Below are positions 7,899 to 16,378 of a stretch of DNA of 16,685 nucleotides, piece by piece. Both the position numbers and the translations under genes were made by a program. The first letter of the stretch is position 1, and each line of letters opens with the position of its first letter. This DNA comes from a virus: the UHGV virus genome UHGV-0121436; one strand, given 5' to 3'. A model generated the notes under the pieces. That model was given only the letters and a program-made list of their open reading frames with translations. It was not told the DNA's origin and searched no databases.

Positions 7899-9476
7899 AT
7901 GGATATCAACTATGTTGTTTCAAAAATGGGGTTCGTAGATGATCTTATTAATGCAGGTTCATTTGATTCTGCCTATAAAAATGTAAAGGATATTCTTAAC
8001 GGTATCGATGAGATAAATACAATCAAAGAAAATAGAATAATTATATTATCTAATTTGGCCGGAAATCTTATTGATATCGGAAGTTTTAGTAATGTAAAAA
8101 ATATAGCGGAGGAAGGCTTAAATATCTTTATAAACAATAAAAATGAATTTCTGACTATAATGAAAGAATCCTTATATTACTATAACTTGGCAAATGGAAT
8201 GAGCGCAGTTCTTGATTTTAATCCTAATGACAATGCAGATATTGATAGTTTCATTAAGCTGAATGATGTAAAAAATAATTACTGGAAAGCGTTTAAACTT
8301 TCACAAGAAGATGGATGGGTGCCCCCTGATTTAATAGTTAATCTAGCTAATGTATTAAAAAAACAATATCGTATATCTGAATCAATGGATTATTATGAAC
8401 AAGCAATATCTATTGATAACTCAATTCCTCAGGCGTGGGTAAACAGATCTGAGGCATTAGAATTGCTTAATGAATTATCTACAACATATACATATAAAAT
8501 GATTAAAGAAGTTATTCGAGGTTATGAGTGTGCAATAAAGTCAGGGAAATGTTTTCCTTCATGGAAGGTTGCTCTTCAAAGAAAAATAAAGTACAACGAA
8601 AGTATATTGAGTGAATCATGTGTATATGGCATAGAGGATATAAGTACAGATGAAAGGCTCACGCAGGAGGAGTATGATACTTTATCAAACTACCAGAGGT
8701 TTTGTATAGATAATAATCTAATGTTGTCTGATCATTCGCTATATTGCAATTGTTATGCGTCATCTAAAGATAATATAACTATTGCTACCACCGAGGAAGG
8801 TGTGTTTGGTGATTTTATAGTGCCAATGGAAATGGTGTTAAATAGACTTAAAGCAGAGTATTCCTTAGCACGAAAAATGTTTTTTGAATATAAGGTTGAT
8901 AGTGAGTTTTTTGATGAGGATTCGGAGGTATGTTATTCTGAATTGTATAATGGAGAAATATTGTATGAAAATGTTGAGAAGTTAAGGGTTGCATTTAGAG
9001 CTTGCTTTGGTATCTTGGATAAAATAGCAGTTGCTCTGTGTCAATTATTTGATTTAAAACCAGATAGAGGACATATATACTTTCATAACTTCTGGCGGAT
9101 TAGTGATGAAAAAAGAAAGCTTAAAATAAACAAAATAAATAATAAAGGATTGCTGGGTTTGTTTAGTATTGCTATGGATTTGAATGATAAAAATGGTGAG
9201 CTTGCTTTTTTTAAAGAATGGAGGAATGATTTAGAACATAAACTGTTAGTTATTCACGAGAAAGACATGTTAGTTGATTTATATAATTCTTATGGATTTT
9301 TTGATGAGGTGAGATTTATTGAGAAAGAAAAGTTTGAGAAACAGCTCTTACAACTCATGAAAATTGTGAGATCAGCCGTTATTCTTTTTGTGTTTACCAT
9401 ACGTATAGAGGGGAAAAAAAGTATTCCTAAAGATATGTTGACCATTAAAAATACCATCGAGAGAAAAGTATTGTAG
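7899..9476 (+). CDS. AT-rich 525-aa protein with N-terminal TPR-like helical repeats and C-terminal HEPN-like region; candidate anti-phage / abortive-infection effector
   Basis: Uninterrupted ORF with AGAGGA RBS before ATG 7899. Visibly much lower GC than the flanking phage genes (by eye; not computed). TPR-like segment around YYEQAISIDNSIPQAWVNRSEALELLNEL. C-terminal R-x4-H (RNDLEH, nt 9222..9239) and R-x5-H (RGHIYFH) fit the HEPN R-x4-6-H signature. No Walker A motif seen. Located in the P2 tin/old-equivalent position. Confidence 0.75.
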   Translation: MDINYVVSKMGFVDDLINAGSFDSAYKNVKDILNGIDEINTIKENRIIILSNLAGNLIDIGSFSNVKNIAEEGLNIFINNKNEFLTIMKESLYYYNLANGMSAVLDFNPNDNADIDSFIKLNDVKNNYWKAFKLSQEDGWVPPDLIVNLANVLKKQYRISESMDYYEQAISIDNSIPQAWVNRSEALELLNELSTTYTYKMIKEVIRGYECAIKSGKCFPSWKVALQRKIKYNESILSESCVYGIEDISTDERLTQEEYDTLSNYQRFCIDNNLMLSDHSLYCNCYASSKDNITIATTEEGVFGDFIVPMEMVLNRLKAEYSLARKMFFEYKVDSEFFDEDSEVCYSELYNGEILYENVEKLRVAFRACFGILDKIAVALCQLFDLKPDRGHIYFHNFWRISDEKRKLKINKINNKGLLGLFSIAMDLNDKNGELAFFKEWRNDLEHKLLVIHEKDMLVDLYNSYGFFDEVRFIEKEKFEKQLLQLMKIVRSAVILFVFTIRIEGKKSIPKDMLTIKNTIERKVL

Positions 9477-9798
9477 TATATTTTCATCGAGCGATGAAAC
9501 GGTCTGTTTTTCTTTATAGTTTTGTCATAAAAAAGAGATTTCCTGCTTAAAATTTGGCTATTACAGAGCAACTATGTATGTTCCTCGCTCACAGTAGAGC
9601 TTCATCTTTGTAAGTCTGTATGTTTCGTTTTTCAAGTGGTCATTCAGATACGGACTTTCACTTCTCTTAGACAGTGCATGACTATGCTGCATGAAATCGC
9701 ATGATCGTTTAAGGATCGTTTTTGCTAAGGCTCGCCAGAACTAGCGGGCTTTTACGTAGAACATGCAGGTGCATGAAAACCACTACATAAAGCGGGCA

Positions 9799-9817
9799 GG
9801 CGTGGCGGGGATACGAG
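9799..9817. other. Probable cos site (cohesive-end sequence of P2/186-type phage)
   Basis: GGCGTGGCGGGGATACGAG: the first 12 nt match the 19-nt cohesive end I recall for 186 (GGCGTGGCGGGGAAAGCAT) and it is close to that of P2 (GGCGAGGCGGGGAAAGCAC). It lies upstream of the portal gene 3' end, as expected, in a GC-rich non-coding patch. Confidence 0.45.
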
Positions 9818-10030
9818 CGCGCGCAAAGGGGTTAAATGGCAAAAATCCGGCGCAATCTTCTGCTCGCTGTCGGCTTTAATTGGTGAGGGGGAGGGAATAG
9901 GCGCAAAAAAGAAATGCCCCGCAGAATGCGATCTATACACGCAGAATCGCGGATAACTCTTAAGCTATGATTGACGTACAATTTTACAGGAAGTATTAAA
10001 GTCTCATGTTCATTTTTTCAGGATGATGAC

Positions 10031-10807
10031 ATGTTAGCTGGTACGCGAAGTGCGACGAACGGAAAGGTTTTTGCTAAAGACTGCGAAAAAGAAGAAGGGC
10101 CATTTTTTTGCATTGGATGCAAAAAAGAATTGGTTTTAAAGAAGGGGCGAATTAAAGTTCATCACTTCGCCCATAAGCCCCCGTTTTCTTGCAACAGAGG
10201 TCATGGGGAGACTGAAAAACACCGAGAATGCAAAGAATCTATGTATAACTTGTTGCTTTCAATGCCGAATGTTAGAGATGTTGACATAGAGCATGATCTT
10301 GGTAGTGCTGTAGCTGATGTGTATGCTGTGATAAACAATGTTCCAGTCGCTATTGAAGTACAACGCAGCATTCTTTCCGTAAATGAAATAACAAGACGCA
10401 CCAAAGAATATCATCGTTTAGGTGTACATGTGCTTTGGCTTTCACTGTTCAGCACGCGACTTGTAGAAGATCGCTTTAGCCCATCAGCGTGGGAAAAGTG
10501 GTGTCATGCTACCTATTATGGCAGGGTATATTATTGGCTTTCTGGATTGGATGTGATCCCATATCATTTTTCTGACTATAAATTATATGTTGAAGAAAGT
10601 ACATGGTACGAGTCGGGTGGAAATGAGAGAAGCGCAGGTGGATACTATAAATTTTCAAAACGTTATAAAACGCCACTCGCTGGGCAAAGAGTAAATATAG
10701 CGGAAGACTTTTCGCCTAAAAGAAAAGCAGCATGGAATAGTAAGACTATTTATATACCAGAATGTAGTATTTATTTGGATGGACAGTCAGCGTGGTGGAG
10801 TAAATAA
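10031..10807 (+). CDS. CoiA-like protein (putative PD-(D/E)xK-type nuclease with N-terminal Cys/His cluster), 258 aa
   Basis: ATG 10031 (the track's TTG at 9971 is less likely). Translation has CIGCKKELVLKKGRIKVHHFAHKPPFSC, GETEKHRECKE, ADVYAVINNVPVAIEVQRSILSVNEITRRTKEYHRLGVHVLWL. This order of motifs (C-x2-C...HFAH...GE-x3-H...ADV...AIE-x-Q-x-S...LG-x-VLW) is what I recall for the competence protein CoiA family. Moderately AT-rich; lies between cos and the portal gene. Confidence 0.7.
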   Translation: MLAGTRSATNGKVFAKDCEKEEGPFFCIGCKKELVLKKGRIKVHHFAHKPPFSCNRGHGETEKHRECKESMYNLLLSMPNVRDVDIEHDLGSAVADVYAVINNVPVAIEVQRSILSVNEITRRTKEYHRLGVHVLWLSLFSTRLVEDRFSPSAWEKWCHATYYGRVYYWLSGLDVIPYHFSDYKLYVEESTWYESGGNERSAGGYYKFSKRYKTPLAGQRVNIAEDFSPKRKAAWNSKTIYIPECSIYLDGQSAWWSK

Positions 10808-10814
10808 GAATTGT

Positions 10815-10858
10815 TAATATAAATTCAGCAGCAATTGCTGCTGCATTTATTATATTAA
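10815..10858. terminator. Bidirectional intrinsic terminator between the convergent CoiA-like and portal genes
   Basis: Perfect 18-nt palindrome CAGCAGCAATTGCTGCTG (10826..10843) flanked by A/T-rich runs on both sides. It sits exactly between the stop of the plus-strand ORF (10807) and the stop of the minus-strand portal gene (10855). Confidence 0.55.
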
Positions 10859-11910
10859 CCGTTGTGCTTGTCTTCTGTCAGTCCCAGCGTGTACGGTTCA
10901 AAGCGGATCACTTCTTCGCCCAGCCACTCGTTAAGCTCCTGTAGTCGCTTCTGCAGCGGCATCAGCTCGTTGCGGACAAAGACGCGGCTGGCCTTTTCTA
11001 CATCACCAAAGCCGCCGGTATTGTTGGGAATAATGCCCATCATTTGTGGTGGCACGCGGTGTGCTGCCATCATGTCATCGCGGCTGACATTTTTGATATT
11101 CAGAAATTCATCCTTCGCCGCAACTTCTGACAGAGGAATGATCTGAAGCCCGTCCTTTTTGCCGTTAGGCGAGTACATAAACAGATTGCGGAAGTTGCCA
11201 GGGCCTTTGGCGCTTTTCATCGCATTGCGGAGGTTGTTCACATCCTCCTGGTTTTGCGCGGCATCGGTCATGTACATGATAAAGCCCGCATGACTGCCGT
11301 TAATGTAATATTTGCGTCGGAACAGCGTGGCGGACTCGTTGAGCAGGGCTGACGGAATGGCAGAAAGATAACCGGGCAGGCCGTAAATCTCCTGGTTGAT
11401 ATCCGGTTCCATCAGATGAAAAATGCTGCCTTTCGTGAACTGATACGGCTGGGTTGTCATACCGTATTGCACAAACCAGTAGGTATCCAGGTCTAACCCG
11501 CGTCGGGTGTATTTTGCCAGCGCAGGCTCAAGGGCGATAACTTCACCGAAGCGGTTCGTGCGTTTCTCCAGGTAGGCGTTACCAAATACCAGGTAGTCCT
11601 GCACAAAACGTGAAAAAGCCTGCTGGCTGAGCAGCGGGTGAGGGATATAGGTACTGGTCAGAATGTTGCACTTTACTGCAATCGGGGAACTGTGATGCAC
11701 GGCAGCGCGGAAGGTGCGCGCCAGTCCGTCAAAGCTGACGGGCGGCTCATACCAACGGTCCATCTGTACGCATTCCACATAGTCCAGTAATTCTCGGCGG
11801 TCCAGAACAGGAACGGGATCGCCGAAGCTGAATGCTTCGGCTGTAGTTTGACTTTTAAGCTGGATCTGATTCGTCGCCGCAGCGCGGTTCTTCTTACTCT
11901 TTCCCATCAA
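10855..11910 (-). CDS. Q: Portal protein (P2 gpQ-like), 351 aa
   Basis: Minus-strand ORF starting MMGKSKKNRAAATNQ...; size, position next to cos and adjacency to the terminase ATPase gene match P2 Q. Its start overlaps the stop of gene P (ATGA). Confidence 0.88.
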   Translation of the reverse strand: MMGKSKKNRAAATNQIQLKSQTTAEAFSFGDPVPVLDRRELLDYVECVQMDRWYEPPVSFDGLARTFRAAVHHSSPIAVKCNILTSTYIPHPLLSQQAFSRFVQDYLVFGNAYLEKRTNRFGEVIALEPALAKYTRRGLDLDTYWFVQYGMTTQPYQFTKGSIFHLMEPDINQEIYGLPGYLSAIPSALLNESATLFRRKYYINGSHAGFIMYMTDAAQNQEDVNNLRNAMKSAKGPGNFRNLFMYSPNGKKDGLQIIPLSEVAAKDEFLNIKNVSRDDMMAAHRVPPQMMGIIPNNTGGFGDVEKASRVFVRNELMPLQKRLQELNEWLGEEVIRFEPYTLGLTEDKHNG

Positions 11911-13673
11911 AAAATCTCCACAATATTGCTGGCATTGGCGGATTCGCCCTGCAGCGGTTCGTTAAACAGTGCGTGCATCGTTGCCCAGGCCAGATCGGCG
12001 TGGCTGGCTTCTTCGCTGCGGCTGGCTTCATAGGTCGGGCGGTTGCCGCTGGCGGTGGTAGCGCGACGGATTGCCATAAATGATTGCGCAATGTCGGTGT
12101 GCCCGGCGTCAAACTCCAGACGGCGGTGGCTGATAATGTCGTAGGCCTTGAGCACCAGGGCGTTTTTAACGTTGGGGTTGTAGACAAACTCCCGGACGGC
12201 AGGAAAGAATGCTTTCACGTTCTCGTAAACCCCGTGACCAACGCCGGTTGAGTCGATACCGATATAAGTCACGTTGTACTGTTCGGTCAGTTTTTTGATG
12301 GCGTCAGCCTGGGCGCGGAAGTCCATCCCGCGCCACTGGTGACGCTCAAGAATGCGGAATTTACCGCCCGGTACGGCTGGCGGTGCCACCACCACGCATC
12401 CGGCACTGTCGCCGTTCTGAGTACCTTTTGCGGGGTCATAACCGATCCATACTTCGCGCCAGCCAAACGGGCGCAGGGCCAGTGCATGAAAGTCGGTCCA
12501 GACTTCCCAACTGTCCACCATGCACGCCTGCAGTTCGCTGAGCGGGAACACGGACGCGAGATCGTCCACGAACTCACACATCAGCAGGTTCTGGTATTCG
12601 TCCGGGCTGTATTCCATGCGCAACTGGTCAAGGTCGAACAGGTTACAGCCGCCGCGCACCGCATCTTCCACGGTGACTATCTGGCGGTATTGTCCGTCTG
12701 CGCACAGCAGGCCGGGGGCCAGATTGCTGTGGGACAGGTCGATGTCCACCTTATCGGCTTTGTTGCGCCCACGGTTGAACAGCGCACCGGACCAGAACGG
12801 ATAAGCACTGTGTGTCAGGCTGGATGGCGTGGAAAAATAGGTCTGTCGCCATTTTTTGTGAATAGCCATACCGGAAGCCACTTTGCGCAGCTCCTGGAAT
12901 TTCGGTATCCAGAAATATTCATCCAGATACAGGTTGCCGTGATAACTCTGGGCCGTGCGGGCATTGGTGCCGAGGAAGTAAAGCGTGGCCCCGTTAGGAA
13001 GCACCATCGGATCGCCTTTCAGCTCCACCTCCACTTCTTTGGCGAAGTCGATGATGTACTGCTTAAAGACGTGGGCCTGTGCCTTGCTGGCGGAAAGGAA
13101 AATCTGGTTACGTCCGGTAAGCAGAGCGTCAATCAGGGCTTCACGGGCAAAGTAAAAGGTCGCGCCGATCTGGCGTGACTTCAGCAGGTTGCGGATGCGG
13201 TTGGTTTTTCCGGCTTCCCACCAGTGGCGCTGGTAGTTGAACATGAAGGAATGGAAGATTTCTTCCAGCTTCTCAATCTGCTCATCGGTGAAAACATTCT
13301 TTTCCGGCTGACGGCGCGGGCCTTTGTTGCGGTTGGCGACGTTAGGGTTTAAGTCGGCTTCGTTGCCGCCATTGTTAAACTTGCCGATCCGCGCGTGGCG
13401 TTCCGACTGGCGCGCCAGCAGGTCAATCTCTTTGAAATCTTTCCCTTCTTTGTGCTCCTTCATAATGAGCTGGCAGTAGCGTGCGGCGGTGGTGAGCTGC
13501 ATCTGATCCAGCGGCCCATAGTCACCCCACTTGTCGCGTTTTTTCCAGCTGTGAACGGTTGCAACTTTCTCGCCCAGCATTTCAGCAATGCGGGCTACGC
13601 GGTATCCCTGAAAGTACAGCAGCATGGCCTGCCGACGGGGATCGAGATCTGCGGGTGTCAGTGTGGTGTTCAT
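11907..13673 (-). CDS. P: Terminase large (ATPase) subunit (P2 gpP-like), 588 aa
   Basis: Long minus-strand ORF, divergent from the O-N-M-L cluster across a 142-bp intergenic region, as in P2. Length and organisation fit gpP. Confidence 0.88.
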   Translation of the reverse strand: MNTTLTPADLDPRRQAMLLYFQGYRVARIAEMLGEKVATVHSWKKRDKWGDYGPLDQMQLTTAARYCQLIMKEHKEGKDFKEIDLLARQSERHARIGKFNNGGNEADLNPNVANRNKGPRRQPEKNVFTDEQIEKLEEIFHSFMFNYQRHWWEAGKTNRIRNLLKSRQIGATFYFAREALIDALLTGRNQIFLSASKAQAHVFKQYIIDFAKEVEVELKGDPMVLPNGATLYFLGTNARTAQSYHGNLYLDEYFWIPKFQELRKVASGMAIHKKWRQTYFSTPSSLTHSAYPFWSGALFNRGRNKADKVDIDLSHSNLAPGLLCADGQYRQIVTVEDAVRGGCNLFDLDQLRMEYSPDEYQNLLMCEFVDDLASVFPLSELQACMVDSWEVWTDFHALALRPFGWREVWIGYDPAKGTQNGDSAGCVVVAPPAVPGGKFRILERHQWRGMDFRAQADAIKKLTEQYNVTYIGIDSTGVGHGVYENVKAFFPAVREFVYNPNVKNALVLKAYDIISHRRLEFDAGHTDIAQSFMAIRRATTASGNRPTYEASRSEEASHADLAWATMHALFNEPLQGESANASNIVEIF

Positions 13674-13718
13674 GGAACAAACCTACAGCCTTGAATGAAG
13701 GCTTTCCCCGCCTGCGGT

Positions 13719-13736
13719 TTGTGTGGTTGTCGGTAC
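13719..13736. promoter_or_regulatory. TGT-N12-ACA dyad in the P/O divergent late-promoter region (candidate Ogr/B-type activator site)
   Basis: TGTgtggttgtcggtACA at 13719..13736, centred about 55 bp upstream of a plausible start site for the rightward O transcript. P2-family late promoters are known to carry a TGT-N12-ACA element near -55. Confidence 0.4.
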
Positions 13737-13815
13737 AAATACCGCGCATTGTTTCACTGCCCCTATCACCGCAACCATAAGGCTCCAGTAAGTTTTTTCT
13801 AACGGAGCACGGCTC

Positions 13816-14649
13816 ATGACAGTGAAAGCAAAGCGTTTTCGCATCGGGGTGGAAGGTGCCACCACCGACGGACGCGAAATCCAGCGTGAATGGCTGGAAC
13901 AGATGGCAGCCAGCTACAACCCGGCGGTGTATACCGCGCTGATTAACCTTGAGCACATCAAGTCTTATCTGCCGGACAGCACCTTTAACCGCTACGGCAA
14001 GGTGACGGCGCTGTTTGCTGAAGAAATCACGGAAGGTCCGCTGGCAGGCAAGATGGCGCTGTATGCCGACGTTGAGCCAACGGAGTCCCTGGTGGAACTG
14101 GTGAAAAAAGGCCAGAAATTATTCACCTCTATGGAAGTCAGCCCGAAGTTTGCTGATACGGGCAAAGCCTACCTGGTCGGCCTGGCTGCCACTGATGACC
14201 CTGCCAGTCTGGGCACTGAAATGCTGACATTCAGCGCCAGTGCAGCCCATAACCCGCTGGCAAACCGCAAGCAGAATCCCGCCAATCTTTTTACCGCTGC
14301 AGAGGAAACGGTGATCGAACTGGAAGAAATCCAGGATGACAAACCGTCCCTGTTTGCCCGTGTCACGGCGCTGTTCACCAAAAAAGAGCAGTCCGATGAC
14401 GCCCGGTTCTCTGATGTGCATAAGGCCGTGGAACTGGTCGCCACTGAGCAGCAGAACCTGAGTGCGCGCACCGAAAAATCCCTGTCTGAGCAGGAAGAAC
14501 GCCTGTCTGAGCTGGAGACTGCCCTGCAGGCACAGCAGACCGCCTTTAACGAACTGGTGGACAAGCTGAGCCATGAAGACAGCCGCCAGGACTACCGCCA
14601 GCGTGCAACAGGCGGTAACGCCCCCGCTGACACTCTGACCAATTGCTGA
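13816..14649 (+). CDS. O: Capsid scaffolding protein (P2 gpO-like), 277 aa
   Basis: ATG 13816 with GGAG upstream. Translation includes FRIGVEGATTDGREI, LINLEHI, YLVGLAATDDPASLGTEML, closely resembling P2 gpO as I recall it. Confidence 0.85.
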   Translation: MTVKAKRFRIGVEGATTDGREIQREWLEQMAASYNPAVYTALINLEHIKSYLPDSTFNRYGKVTALFAEEITEGPLAGKMALYADVEPTESLVELVKKGQKLFTSMEVSPKFADTGKAYLVGLAATDDPASLGTEMLTFSASAAHNPLANRKQNPANLFTAAEETVIELEEIQDDKPSLFARVTALFTKKEQSDDARFSDVHKAVELVATEQQNLSARTEKSLSEQEERLSELETALQAQQTAFNELVDKLSHEDSRQDYRQRATGGNAPADTLTNC

Positions 14650-14665
14650 TGGAGCACAAAACCTG

Positions 14666-15724
14666 ATGAAGAAGAATACCCGCTTTGCTTTTAACGCTTA
14701 CCTGCAGCAACTGGCACGTCTGAACGGTGTGGCAGTTGAAGAACTGTCCAGCAAGTTCACTGTAGAGCCGTCTGTGCAGCAGACGCTGGAAGACCAGATC
14801 CAGCAGTCCGCCGCTTTCCTGACGCTGATTAACGTCACGCCAGTGACTGAGCAGTCCGGTCAGCTGCTGGGGCTGGGTGTTGGCAGCACCATTGCCGGAA
14901 CCACTGACACCACCGCGAAAGAGCGTGAACCTGTCGATCCGACGCTGATGGTCGATGTGGAATACAAATGCGAGCAGACCAACTTTGACACGGTGCTGAC
15001 CTACGCGAAGCTGGACCTGTGGGCGAAGTTTCAGGATTTCCAGGTGCGTATCCGTGACGCCATCGTGAAACGTCAGGCACTGGACCGCATCATGATCGGC
15101 TTTAACGGCGTGAAGCGTGCGAAAACCTCCAACCGTAGTGAAAACCCGCTGCTGCAGGATGTGAACAAAGGCTGGCTGCAGAAAATCCGTGAGGATGCAC
15201 CGGATCACGTCATGGGCAGCACCACCGCGGGCGGCGAAACCACACCGGGTGCGGTGAAAGTCGGGAAAGGTGGCGAATATGCCAACCTGGACGCTGTGGT
15301 GATGGATGCCGTCAATGAGCTTATCGACGTGGTTTACCAGGACGATGACGATCTGGTGGTGATTTGCGGTCGTGAACTGCTGTCTGACAAGTATTTCCCG
15401 CTGGTCAACAAAGAGCAGGAAAACAGTGAAAAACTGGCTGCCGATATGATCATCAGTCAGAAACGCATGGGTGGCCTGCAGGCCGTGCGTGCGCCGTTCT
15501 TCCCGCCGAATGCGCTGCTAATCACCCGTCTGGATAACCTGTCCATCTACTGGCAGGAAGACACCCGCCGCCGTTCAGTTATCGACAACCCGAAACGTGA
15601 CCGGATTGAAAACTTTGAATCCGTTAATGAAGCCTATGTGGTTGAGGACTACCGCTGCGCCGCACTGGTGGAAAACATCCAGATTGGTGATTTCAGCGCC
15701 GCCGCAGCCGAAACCGGAGCGTAA
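14666..15724 (+). CDS. N: Major capsid protein (P2 gpN-like), 352 aa
   Basis: Translation MKKNTRFAFNAYL...KFTVEPSVQQTL...LDLWAKFQDFQVRIRDAIVKRQALD...VGKGGEYANLDA... matches the P2 gpN pattern nearly throughout. Confidence 0.9.
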   Translation: MKKNTRFAFNAYLQQLARLNGVAVEELSSKFTVEPSVQQTLEDQIQQSAAFLTLINVTPVTEQSGQLLGLGVGSTIAGTTDTTAKEREPVDPTLMVDVEYKCEQTNFDTVLTYAKLDLWAKFQDFQVRIRDAIVKRQALDRIMIGFNGVKRAKTSNRSENPLLQDVNKGWLQKIREDAPDHVMGSTTAGGETTPGAVKVGKGGEYANLDAVVMDAVNELIDVVYQDDDDLVVICGRELLSDKYFPLVNKEQENSEKLAADMIISQKRMGGLQAVRAPFFPPNALLITRLDNLSIYWQEDTRRRSVIDNPKRDRIENFESVNEAYVVEDYRCAALVENIQIGDFSAAAAETGA

Positions 15725-15727
15725 TCC

Positions 15728-16378
15728 ATGAGCCTGAGTCCCGCACGGCAGCATCGCCTGCGCGTTCAGGCTGAACAGGCCGCCCGCGAGGGCGGCAGTG
15801 TTCGCCACGCATCGGGCTATGACCTGATGCTGCTGCAACTGGCGGAAGACCGCCGCCGTCTCAAGGGCGTTCAGTCCACGGTCAAAAAAGCGGAAATCAA
15901 GGTGGAGCTGCTGCCGAAGTACGCCGCCTGGGCAGAGGGTGTCCTGGCTGCCGGAGGCGCTCAACAGGATGACGTGCTGATGTACGTGATGCTGTGGCGC
16001 ATTGATGCCGGAGATTATGCCGGAGCGCTGGAGATCGGGCGTCATGCCCTGCGTCATGGCTGGGTGATGCCGCTGGGTAACCGCAACGTGCAGACCGTGC
16101 TGGCAGAGGAAATGGCAGACGCCGCGCAGAGCGCAATGCTTGCCGCCACCGGCTTTGATGCCGATCTGTTGCTGCAGACGCTGGAGCTGACAGACGGTCT
16201 GGATATGCCGGACCAGTCACGGGCGCGTCTGCATAAAGCGATTGGCGCTGTCCTGAGTGAAAGCAATCCGGCTTCCGCCCTTAATCATCTCAACCATGCG
16301 TTACAGCTCGATCCCCGCTGTGGCGTGAAAAAAGACAAACAGCAGCTGGAGCGCAGACTGCGCAATGACAGCCGCTGA
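15728..16378 (+). CDS. M: Terminase small (endonuclease) subunit (P2 gpM-like), 216 aa
   Basis: ORF immediately after N in the conserved Q-P / O-N-M-L arrangement; Arg-rich N-terminus (MSLSPARQHRLRVQAEQAAREG). Confidence 0.8.
   Translation: MSLSPARQHRLRVQAEQAAREGGSVRHASGYDLMLLQLAEDRRRLKGVQSTVKKAEIKVELLPKYAAWAEGVLAAGGAQQDDVLMYVMLWRIDAGDYAGALEIGRHALRHGWVMPLGNRNVQTVLAEEMADAAQSAMLAATGFDADLLLQTLELTDGLDMPDQSRARLHKAIGAVLSESNPASALNHLNHALQLDPRCGVKKDKQQLERRLRNDSR

Noticed and set aside
9481-9515. Palindrome TTTCATCG-AG-CGATGAAA after the 525-aa gene as an intrinsic terminator
   Set aside because: The loop is only 2 nt and the T-run begins 7 nt after the stem. It may contribute to termination, but it is not a canonical terminator.
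9290-9571. 93-aa minus-strand ORF overlapping the 3' end of the 525-aa gene
   Set aside because: Antisense in very AT-rich sequence; low-complexity translation; no RBS.
9752-9940. 62-aa minus-strand ORF across the cos region
   Set aside because: Pro/Ser/Ala-rich low-complexity translation in a GC-rich patch that contains the probable cohesive-end sequence. More plausibly non-coding packaging sequence.
10201-10404. 67-aa minus-strand ORF inside the CoiA-like gene
   Set aside because: Antisense to an ORF with a coherent family motif pattern.
10862-13956. Alternative-frame or antisense ORFs inside Q and P and across the P/O intergenic region (10862..11146, 11848..12033, 11894..12187, 12287..12577, 12339..13178, 12520..12804, 13395..13694, 13559..13780, 13582..13956, 13683..13865)
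   Set aside because: The portal and terminase genes occupy these coordinates with conserved synteny. The 279-aa antisense ORF 12339..13178 is long but lies in GC-rich sequence, which gives long open antisense frames by chance, and it lacks an RBS.
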